This document shows, in pieces, positions 41,767 to 53,289 of a stretch of DNA of 64,000 nucleotides. The position numbers were made by a program, and so were the translations under genes. Positions within the stretch are counted from its first letter, which is position 1. Each line of letters opens with the position of its first letter. This stretch comes from Octopus vulgaris (Eukaryota). The notes beneath the pieces are model-generated. The model did not search any database and was not told the origin of the DNA. It saw only the letters and a program-made list of their open reading frames with translations. The stretch spans positions 24,366,001 to 24,430,000 of the forward strand of contig OX597833.1 in NCBI GenBank assembly GCA_951406725.2, read 5' to 3'.

Positions 41767-43630
41767 GTACCGGGCCTAATAAAAAGATCTTGCGGTCGTT
41801 CCCAGTCTGAGTCCAAATATCATAGCAGGATGTTGGGGTTGCAATTTTATCACCGCATATGTGTGTGTATGTCTGTGTGGTTAGGAGAATAACTAGCTGA
41901 TATATATTAACAAGGGTGCGTGTCACAATCAATCTATTTTCTTTTAAAGTTTTTATCGTGTCATGTCTAAAGTAATCGTCACAGACTTCTTGTCCTAATG
42001 CTATAAATTTATTGGGGGTGCGTATATACGTATGTGTGTGTGTGTGTCTGTGTATGTGTGTGTGCGTGCAATGAAATCAAACTTGAAACAGTATATAACT
42101 AGGTCTTGATTTTATCAAATCAAAAGAAGTAGAACAGAAAGACAACTTCTGAGAAATTTGCTCTCGGAAACCAAAGAAAAGCAACTTATTCCATGTTTTT
42201 TTTTGTTTTTCTCTAACATGAGAGTAAGTCAACAAATTTACAAGAAAATTGGTAAATATTTGATTGTAATTTATTCCAGTATATTAACCAGTATTTATTT
42301 TATTGAAGATATCCGGAATATGAAACTCAGTCAAGCCGATTCAGGTAACAATTGAAATCAGAATGTTAAAGTATCAAGTGAATATTTAAGGCTTTCATCC
42401 CCCATTCCATATACTCTTTCGCTCCTCAGACATTAAAATAAAGCAAGTGACAGAAAATAGAAACAGAGAGGGGGGGAATGGATATTAAAATAGATAGAAC
42501 AACATCAAAGATGCCTTGCAGTGTTGAGTTCAATTCTCAGTGTCGAGATTAATTCTAAGTTCAAATTCTCCTGACGATCTTTATATCTATCAAACAGTTT
42601 GTGGTGCGTATCAAGCGGTACCAGCCTAATATTGGAGTTGATTTAATCATCAACACTCGTTCAAAAACCACATGTCGGCCAAGCCTTGTGCCTAAATTAG
42701 AAATCAATTAAATAGGAAAATGGTGACTGAAACGATTCACGTATTCTCAAACTTAACGCCAGCCTTAACACTGGAACTTGCCTATCAATGATACTAAACA
42801 AAAATATTGAAATTATAACCCATTTATATTCTGAGGTTAAATCCTGTTGGACTTGAGGTTGCTTTTTCATTTCGCCGTAAAGAGTCAGTCAATACCGACA
42901 TTATAGATATATTTATTTCACACACACACACACACGTGTATATACTGATACACACACACACATATCACGTATACATATATACATATATATATATATACAC
43001 TAACACGCACACACACATACACATGCACACGTGTGTATATATAGATATATATACACAGACATATATACACTAACACGCACACACGCATACACACACACAC
43101 TCAAACACTCTCTCTCACACACACACACCTACACACATATTAATGTTTAGCAGAAACAAGTGTAGCTGAAGGTCCGAGAGTTTCGTGTGTTGGTATTTAT
43201 CAAAACGTTGGTTATCTCCCTTGTGTTTTTCTTTTTGCCTTCTTTATAATCGTCTGACAACTGAGAAATGGTCTTCTTTTCAGCTTGATAAATGGCGGAA
43301 CAAATTATTATTTCGACCAGGAAATCCTTGGTAGCTGTATTTACAAGATTTGCGTTGTTTTAATTTTAAAATTATCTTTACTCTCTTTGCTGATCGAGTG
43401 CTTTTTTACTTGCTGAAGCATTACCACATAATACGAAGACTAAGGTAAATAGTCTAATATTGAGGCATATAAGCCCTCGACGGAAAAAAAGTAGGGTTTG
43501 CCATATGTATGGGACTCGAACCCACACGTTTATGCGTACGGCAAACCTTACTTCTTCTCCGTCGAGGGCTTGTAAGTCTCGATATTAGACTATTTATCTG
43601 AGCCAATGAACGGTGATTGCTTATAAAACA

Positions 43631-43654
<24 letters not shown>

Positions 43655-43662
<8 letters not shown>

Positions 43663-43972
43663 CTATTACTGCGAACTCTCCCGTCGTTAGACGACGTATG
43701 AGGGGGCTGCAATTTCTTGCCGAGAAACCACACATATGATTTGTTTATAGTGATCAAATGTTTGTGTACACATTAGCTCACTCCCTTCATCAAATCGACG
43801 TCACCTGTACATGTGCACTGTGTGCCACCTGTAAGATGACGAAATGATCACAGGGAAACGTGAAATGAAGTGCTTTGCTCAAGAACAGAACGTAATGCCC
43901 GGTCTTGGTAGCGAATTCACGATCTGACTATCGCGAGTGCAACCCCCTAACCACTAAGCCATGCGCCTTCAC
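43655..43972 (-). mobile_element. tRNA-derived SINE: head as 1965-2218, RTE-like terminus
   Basis: cgtgaaatgaagtgctttgctcaagaac is shared with 2105-2132. Terminus cgtcgtctaacgacgggag resembles the end of the 38085 element. Confidence 0.65.
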
Positions 43973-44489
43973 ACACACACACGAAACTGGGGATGTGTAT
44001 GTGTGTGTAAACCCGCACAACTTCTGAACTTCGCAACTGATTTTCTCCAAACTGGGAACATACATTACTTATGTTCCAGAGATCGTTTTAGATTCTGAAC
44101 ATTGTTCACATAATGAATAATGGAGCCTTTGGTATTCTATAATCTTTCGGCTACGAAAGTATGTTTTTGTATAAAGTATGTTTTTTGCACAACTCTTTTT
44201 TACTACAAAAGTAACCTCGATATGTGAGAGAGAAACATCAAAGTAACACCGAAGGAGACATGGAAAAGAGAGCAATCTGTTAAGAGAGTGAGAGATAGAG
44301 AGAGAGAGAGAGAAAGAGAGAAAGAGAGAGAGAGTTAAGAAAAGCAGTAAATATTCAGGGGAGAGAGAGAAAGAGAGTTATGAGAGGTCACATTGTATGC
44401 AATTCTGTCAATTACCACTCCTCACACTGCAGCCCTCAATAAGAGAAAGAGGTAGTAAGCATGAGGAGAGTCATTGTATTGTGAGAGCG

Positions 44490-44860
44490 GAGTAATTCGT
44501 TTTCTCGGATTTTATCAAATTGGAACCGGACCGATTAAATTTCGTGAATCCCATATAGATGTTGACACTCTCCGGGTACCCACGGTTCCTCATGCCAAGT
44601 TTGGTCAAAATCGGTTCAGCGGAAGCAAAGTAACTACAAAGTCAGGGACCGGTTTCACATACATTTAGCATTTGAATGCGGTCCTCTCAGATTGGAATCG
44701 GACAGTTTAATTTTCGGGAATCGCATATAGATGCTGATACTCTCCCGATATCCACGGTTCCTCATGCCAAGTTGGGTCGAAATTGGTCCAGTGGTTGCGG
44801 AGGAGTTTGGTAACAAACTTTTAACACGAACACACCTAAATAGCGTAATTACAGATAGAT
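44490..44860 (+). mobile_element. Helentron/HINE-like non-autonomous element with two internal ~170-bp repeats
   Basis: Two copies of catatagatg...cacggttcctcatgccaagtt(t/g)ggtc(a/g)aa. Ends ...aattacagatagat, as in DINE-1-like elements. Confidence 0.55.
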
Positions 44861-46297
44861 ACTGTTAATGACATCAGGTAGCTGTATATAGTGAGAAAGT
44901 TTTAATCGGCATTCTACCAGGTGTATACCCCAAGTTATAGATACTTACTGTCACACATATATATATATATATTTACAGGCACAGGAGTGGCTGTGTGCTA
45001 AGTAGCTTGCTTACCAACCACATGGTTCCGGGTTTAGTCCCACTGCGTGGCACCTTGGGCAAGTGCCTTCTTCTGTAGCATCGGGCCGACCAAAGCCTTG
45101 TGAGGCAAAGTTGAGTTCGGCAGGATCTGAACTCAGTTCATAAAGAGCCGAAACAAATATTCTAAGGCTTTTCCGACGCTCTAACCATTCTATCAGCTCA
45201 CCGCCTTTAAACAATATCAAATAATTCTTTCTACTCTAGGCACAAGCCCTAAAATTTTGGGAGAGGCGCTAGTCACTTACATCGACCCCACTGTATTTTA
45301 TGCCCCCTCCCCATCACGAAAAGATGGAAGGCAATCAATATGGACGGAACTTAACCTCGAATGAAAAAGGTGGACAAAGGGCTGCTATGCATTTTGCCCG
45401 ACGTGTTAGCTATTCTGCCAGTTCACCGCCTTAAAGCGATATTAAATGATGATTTCAAATTTTTGCACAAGGCCAACAGTTCTAGGCATGCGTGGGCGTG
45501 GATGGTAAGTCCAACGATTACGCTGACTTTAGTGTTCAACTGGTACTTATTTTATCGACTCCGAAAGCATTTTGCCCAGCGCGCTAACGATTCTTATTTC
45601 TCTATTGCCCACAAGGGGCTAAACATAGAGGGGACAAACAAAGGGATTACCTCGACCCTAGTGCGTAACTGGTACTTCATCTATCGACCTCGAAAGGATG
45701 AAAGGTAAAGTCGACCTCAGCGGAATTTGAACTCAGAACGTAACGGCAGACGAAAAACGGCTACGCATTTCGCCCGGCGTGCTAACGATTCTACCAGCTC
45801 GCCGTCAGGAAGAGGTATCCAATAATGAAATGAGAAAAAAAAATTCACCTTTTTAAATTTCTCTCAAGGGCCGAAACAACTGCTTATATGTTTTTTTCAT
45901 TTATTCTGATTTTTTTTTCAATGGGTGAAATGTTAAAGCAACTTATAACCTATACACGGTATCTGTTGCTGGTGTGTGTGTGTGTATGTGTGTGGTTGAG
46001 AAAGTGTACGTGTGTGTGCGCGCGCGCCGCGTGTGTGTGTGTGAGCGTACTTACTTGATGAAGTGAGTGTGGAAATGTATGCATTTGTGCATGCGTGTGT
46101 CCTTTTTTCTGTATTTATATGCAATTCGATGTCACATGACTATGCGTATTGTTTGCTCTTATGTGTGCGTGCATGTGTGTGTGTGTGTGTGAATGTGTGT
46201 GAATGTGTTTGTGTGTCTGCGTGTCTGTGTATGTGTGGGTGCGCGAACGTACGATTATTTTTAACGTGCATAAGTACTTGACAGAAATTGCACTCAC

Positions 46298-46445
46298 CTT
46301 TGCGATGTCCAGATTCCAGTAAGATCCGAGGGAAATGATAAAGTAACTGTTTCCTGACTAATGTCTGCCAAAATCGACTCACAAACGGGTTTCATATCCA
46401 ACGATTTGAGGCCATTGCAGATCGGTAAAATAGCAATCAAAGAAA
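46298..46445 (-). CDS. APCDD1: Internal coding exon (probable exon 2) of an APCDD1-like Wnt inhibitor gene
   Basis: Minus strand: polypyrimidine tract ttttatttttaatttattctattatccAG, then 148 nt, then donor AG|GTGAGT. Phase 1 in, phase 2 out. Translation (V)SLIAILPICNGLKSLDMKPVCESILADISQETVTLSFPSDLTGIWTSQR resembles, from memory, the APCDD1 segment C..ML.....ARITVQMPPTIEGHWVSTG that precedes CEVRxGPEF. No BLAST was run. Confidence 0.75.
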
Positions 46446-46714
46446 CTGGATAATAGAATAAATTAAAAATAAAAATAAAACAATATGTTATTACACCAGC
46501 AAGATAACAATACAATAAATGAAAATATTAACAACAAAATTTAAAAACATATAAAACAAAACAAGAAACATATTAGAAATATAAATTAATACAAGAAGCA
46601 ATTTCTATACACTGTGATGAGGGCTGGAGTTAGGATTCATTTCGCTATGGAGATTGTTTGATGCAAGGGTGGAGAAGAAATTACTAACACTTAAACACAT
46701 CCGATGTATTGCAT

Positions 46715-47395
46715 CATGTCATCGTCGTCGTCGTCGTCGGTCGACGTTGACTGTTCTGTTCAGAAATTATCTCTGACAGGCTCGCATCTGGGCTACAAGG
46801 CCTGATCTTGATCTGTAACAGCGATAACATCTGCTACAGGTGAACTTACTTGACGCAGAGAAGAAGTGACGCCTCTCATGTGCTCTTTTTTATTCTCTGT
46901 GTTGTTTCTACTCAAGGGCTGGAAATACGAGCTTCAGCATTCGGTGCCATTTATCGCGCCTCGAGGCCTTCTCCTCTCAGATGTCAGGTGGTGGGGTACC
47001 GGAGTTCTTCATATGTCATTTTCAGCATATTCTTGTATCGCAATCTCTGGCCACCACGCCTCTTTCTGCCCTGACGCAGCTCAGCGTAGAAAACTGCCTT
47101 TGTGTGCCTACTGCCCACCATCCTGCATATAGGTCTCACCCAGCACAGCTGCGATGAGGTAATGAGGACCTCCACACTAACTGCACCCGTGCGGCGCAAG
47201 GCCTCTGCATCTTGAATGCGACCCCGCCATTTGACATGCAAGATGGAGCGGAGATGACGAAGCTTGACTTGCGTCGGGGCCTTGGTGTGCCGGCCGAAGC
47301 GAGCCATGCATTCCGTGGCGTAGAGGATGCAAGGTAACACTACAGCACTGCACACCTTTATCGTCGTGTTGCCGGCAGTGTCGTGGCCGAGATTA
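46715..47395 (-). mobile_element. RTE (BovB-like) LINE 3' fragment
   Basis: AVVLPCILYATE...LRSILHVKWRGRIQDAEAL...KAVFYAEL.QGRKRRGGQRLRYKNMLK, followed by a (GAC)n tail. Confidence 0.9.
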
Positions 47396-48439
47396 ACTTT
47401 TCGTTACTTGCGTGAAAGAATCTGAAACTGCCAAAGGTCACAAGTCTCGAAGACATTGGATAGAACACGGACGATTGGTTGTCGTTTGTTGGTATTTCTT
47501 GTACACAAAACCACGAAAAGAAGTGGCATTATGCATTCCTCCCAAAGCCCAATACACGCGTTGAAAGGTTTCGACTTGGCATCATTTATGTGAACACAAA
47601 CATGTGGGCGTATGAATCGAATGATAGATGCCTCGAGTTAAACTTCCAGAACGAGAAGAACGAGAATCAATATTACTATCGAAGAACAACTTTTATTATT
47701 ATACCACATCCACCAACAACACTCCACAATAATAAAAACCATAACAAAAAACTACAACAGCAATAAACATCACAACTGCAACAGTAACAAAAAAACAAAA
47801 ACAATTTCTTCTGAAGTAACAAACGATACCACCACCACCACAGCAACAACAATAAAGTACCCTATAAAATTGGGTACTTTCCGTGTTAGTTTTTGTTAGT
47901 TGTTATTGTTGTTGCTGTGGTGGTGGTGGTATCGTGGAGAAAAAGAAAAACAATCACCACCATCACAGCGAGACAAGTCATAAGACAACACTACTGCAAC
48001 CCGAACAAGCACCATTATAACTACCGCAACAATTTCTATACCACTGATTGATTCCATAAGAGTGAAGTTACGTGGCCTAGTAGTTAGGGTGTTGCACTCA
48101 CGATTGCCAGATCGTTGTTTCGATTCACAGCTCGCTTGATGAAAACACTTCGTTTCCGGTTGTTGCAGTGCATTCAGCTGGCGTATAAGTGTCAGATGTT
48201 GACTCAGGGTGAAAATCCCCTGAACGGATGTCTCGCGAGTAACGTTTTGTATTCAGCGAACGAAAGTATGAATAGCCAACCCTCAATCAATCCAGACTGT
48301 TTGGAATTTTTCAACAACGTCAAAGGATGATGATTAAGAAAAACCTCCACAATCACAAAATAAACACCTTCCACGCAGCAATGTTTGGTTTCAGCACACG
48401 ATCTCAAATCAAGTCACTTGCTATGCAAGTACATCTCCG

Positions 48440-48491
<52 letters not shown>

Positions 48492-48935
48492 AGAGAGAGA
48501 GAGAGAGAGAGAGAAATTGATAGCTAGAAACACACGCACGCAAATACATATATTTCTATGCGCGCGTGCGTTCAAGTATAACTTCCTCCATTTTAACGGA
48601 CTTCAGAATAAATGACGGCCAAATTGAAGACAGTTTGTCGCCACAGCTTTTAAATGAAGCGCGGCATTCTCTGGTAGGGTCGACGAAAGGGCGAGGAAAA
48701 AAATCGCTACACCGTACGTATTTAGAATAAACATTTATCTATGTGACAGGTCAGACAAACACGCGCACGCGCAAACACTCACACACGCACACACGTACAC
48801 GCACACACACTCACACACACATACACACACACACTTGTCGAGTTTCGTAAAGCATTCACCTGTAGCTCTGTAACTATTTTTCTTTACTCGTCTACGTTAT
48901 GAGTCTCTGTGTATGTATGTAAGTATGTCTGTATG

Positions 48936-49023
<88 letters not shown>

Positions 49024-49544
49024 CTTTATATATATACGCATATATATATATATATATTTACACACACGTAAATATACTCATTGATATATATATATGATAT
49101 GTGTATGTAATATACACAGAAATATATATGTGTGTGTGTGTGAGTGTGCATGCCTCAAATTATGTTTGCGTTCTATTGACTACAGAATGTAGTAAATATA
49201 ATTTTGCATTCCCAAAGGCAGAGGTGAGGAACTTGATGTCTTAAGATTGCATTTAAACGTCTTATGGATTAAGTGCAACCTTCTGAAGAGGAAGTGTAAC
49301 TCTCTAAGGTAAAAATTAGGAATATAGACGTATCCTTAGTTGCATACATACACCACACACACATAAACAACTGTATATGTACATATACTTATCAAAAACA
49401 TTCACTTACACACACACACATGTATATTTACGTGCATGCATAAATATACATATCAATATATATAAATATATAGTAATATATACGTGAAAAGGTTGGATTA
49501 TAATTGGTCCTTTTATTTTGGAGGGTTCCAAAAAACGATATCTA

Positions 49545-49601
<57 letters not shown>

Positions 49602-52600
49602 ACACACAAGTACACAGATAGAGTAAAGAAGTTGCAGTGCTCAAACGATTTGAACTTACACTCCGAAGTGTTTATCAAGGCTTAGGACCGCGGTGTGAGG
49701 ATCGGCTATAAGAGGAATCCAAGTAAGCTTATAAGGAGATAGTAATACAAATAATCACGCTTGGGCTTGATATATAAAATATTCATACATATATATATAT
49801 ATATATATACACATGTAAATATATATAGGGATATATATTGAGAGAAACAAAAATTGAAAATATTCAGAAGATGAACACTTGTGTATATGTATGTAGATAT
49901 TTTATATATTTGCAGAACAAATTTACATGGAGTACAAAAAGTACAGTAAAATAAGGGGAGAAAATATGGTATGGTATTTCAAGTCAGACAGCTGTTTCTG
50001 GGGTCCGTAATTACGTAATAGTTTTGATGTTAGATGGAGTGTGCAAAAAGTCTAAGACATGCAAACAGTAATGGATGCATATAAATATTACGGTTAACCC
50101 AGCCTCCTTCGTCATGGGGGAAAGATCGGCAACTGTCCTTTGCAAGTTGCCGATCTTTGACTTCTTGCACACTCTGTCTGTGAAATTACAACTGTCAGAA
50201 TATTCCGAGTCCCCGGAAACAATTGTTGGACCTGAAATACCATGTCCTTTCCCCTTAGTTTTCTATATTTTTTGTACTCCATGTAAATTTCTGCTATAAA
50301 TATATAAATATCTATATGCTTATATACGAATGTTCATCTGAATAATTTCTGTCTTTGTTTCTCTCTCTATATATATCCCTATGTATATTTACATGTGAAT
50401 ATGTATGCATTTTTATCTATCCAACCAGAGCGTGTTTATTTGTATCACTATCTCTTTATACTTGCATATATACATATGTGTATTTACATGTATGTGTGTG
50501 TGTGTGATTGTGTGTATGATATTTTTTATGTACACGTTGCTTCTTTGTCCGTCTATGTATAAGTGTTTGCTATCAGCTACGCTAATATAATGCATTCCTT
50601 GATAACATCCGTAAACGCTGACAGGAATATCTTTTATCACTATCTTTATTATTCATGGTTTTAGAAATTCATCAAGGCTTTCCTTTCTTAAATGATAATG
50701 ACGTACATCGCAGAAAACATACATAAACATGATCAAGGTCAATAAATTCTGTGCTGCAAGCAATGCTCTCATAATATTCTCAGAACTTACTATTACTTCA
50801 CATATCAATGTAATCGCCACAGATTTTCTATAGAAAAGCCAGCGCTGATATTTGTTACGACGTTTCGTATCCGAGACGCCCGATGTAAACAATAGCAATG
50901 CAATCGAAGACGAAAAATGATATATTTCAGGAATTTTTGCTCCTTTAAAAACATTCCTGCAACCCATTGATCATTCACGAACTCATTACGTAACTCATTC
51001 CTGGAAGTTGGTACGTAAATATTAATGACTTATGGGGACACTGTATTTCATTATGCAACCATGGTATATTACAAAGTATATTAAACGCTTTTATAAGTCA
51101 ATGCAGTGTTCAACTGTGTTAGCAGAGCTATTACATCGCTTGTTAAAGTTATCTCTGCAAATTTTCCCCTGAAATTAAAGCCAGCACTGATTTTTAGTTA
51201 CGACGTTTCGTATCCGAGACGCCAGATGTAAGCAACAACGATGACATCGAAGATAAAAAATGGGAAATAGGCGTATATGACATCTTGGTTGTTATACAAG
51301 CAATGTGTTCGTAGATGATTAAGGGGTTAGATGGGTGCTGATGATGAGTGCGCATGTCATATACGCCCATTATCCATTATGCAGCACCCATGTTTCAGTA
51401 AGATTATATGCACATTTTAAACATATATTCTTTTATAGGACATTCTTGTAGTCTAAGTTTTGTAATAAGTCTAAGTTCTTTGGGTACTGGAGATAAATTC
51501 GGGCAATTGTCGCGCTGATGAAGGCTATTGAGCCCGAATTTCGTATCCAAAAACAGTCCTCATATCTCCAGACCAGAAGCATGTCCCTTTCTTTAATGAC
51601 GCGACAGTTTTGGACGATTATTGAATCTTGAGATTATCCCCACTTTTGAAGTGGAGCCCGTCGAAATTACCATTTGGTGACTATGATACATATTCTTGAA
51701 GCGGAGATAATATTAATTAAACAAACATTTTTGTTGTAAGGTATTTAACATCTCGGTATTAGTTTTAGTTATTCAAATACACTCTGCTGTTCAATTGCAG
51801 TAATTTCTCTTTACTCATTTTTTGCTGACGCACACACATTTTTACAAACCTATATATAAATAGCTATTTACATAGAAATACATAAATGTGAGCCATAGAA
51901 TGCCCCTCGATTTCTAATTTTTTATTTGCAGGTCCCATAGACGATCGCAGTACCAGTCAGTCCAACGCCTTTTCCAGATCAAGATGAATAAAAGTGTAAT
52001 TTGTTCTGCAAAGTGAGAAGAAATCCAAAGATATAATATTCTTTATGCTTAGTATTTCATTGCCTACTGCCATCCTGCCTTCCAATAATTGTGGTATTTC
52101 CGTTCTTTTCAAGGCTTTAGAATTTCGCCATGACCCTGGGAAGGTGGATAACGAGTGTTATGCCTTGCCAAATGGCAAAGCATGGCTTTGTCCGGCATTG
52201 CTTATTGAATATTCCCAGTAACCTATATACCTACAGGAATTCCTCTATCCGCAAACAGAGGACCTGGTGGGCGGGAGTTTTCATCATCACACTATTTTAT
52301 ACATACACACATACATACACACATACACACATACATACATAATACATACATAATGCATACATACATACAAAATATATACATGTACACACGCGCGCACACA
52401 CTCACATACCCAGACTATATATATATATGTAAAGGTAAGATCTAGGAGACCGAGGTGTATGAAGATAACAAGCTTCGAGTAGTCTGTAGAAGGTATAGAA
52501 AGAAACTTTCAGGAACAATATTGGGTTATTGACGTTGGAGGTTGTAAAATTTTCCCACATCGAAAAGCTGAAAAAAACTGTTTTATAGCTTACGGTTAGC

Positions 52601-53114
52601 AACAGGGATTGCTGTGTATGCGATTAGAAATCCAAAATTTAGGGAATGGAGTAGATAAAACCCAGGCTACATATGTTTCATAGCTAGAAGAACCTCGGAC
52701 GTAGTACCTTTCACCAAAGTATCTTTGGTTCGACAAGTAGCTAGCGTATTACCCCTCATTTGGATAATTCCTACTGCCGAGGGTCTGCTAGCTATGAAAC
52801 ATATATGTAGCCTGGATTTTATCTACTCCATTCCATAATTTTGGATTATATATATATATATATATACATAAATCATGTTTATATATATATATGATGGAGC
52901 TGATCGCAATATATGAAAGAGTGCATTGGAGGACACGGGGTTTCCAGTTTATTTAGCATTTGTTTGTTTAATATTCAACGAGTTAAAATTAGAAAAAAAT
53001 AAATATTTGTTTCTTAGATTCGGAATTGTGTCAGACAAGAATTTACCATACTTATTTACTTATATACTGAAAAAGTTTTAAGAATAGCAAAACTAAATGA
53101 AACCCAATATTCTG

Positions 53115-53152
<38 letters not shown>

Positions 53153-53258
53153 GCACACACATTTATTTATACACATATGCCATTTATACACTTTAAATTT
53201 TATATCCTCAATAAGAATTTATTGAGCACATTCGTAAACAACAACAACAGCAACAACA

Positions 53259-53289
<31 letters not shown>

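Noticed and set aside
42502-44244. TCF/LEF-like ACATCAAAG sites near the APCDD1-like exon (a known Wnt target in vertebrates)
   Set aside because: The short motif is expected many times by chance in 64 kb of AT-rich DNA, and several hits lie in repeats.
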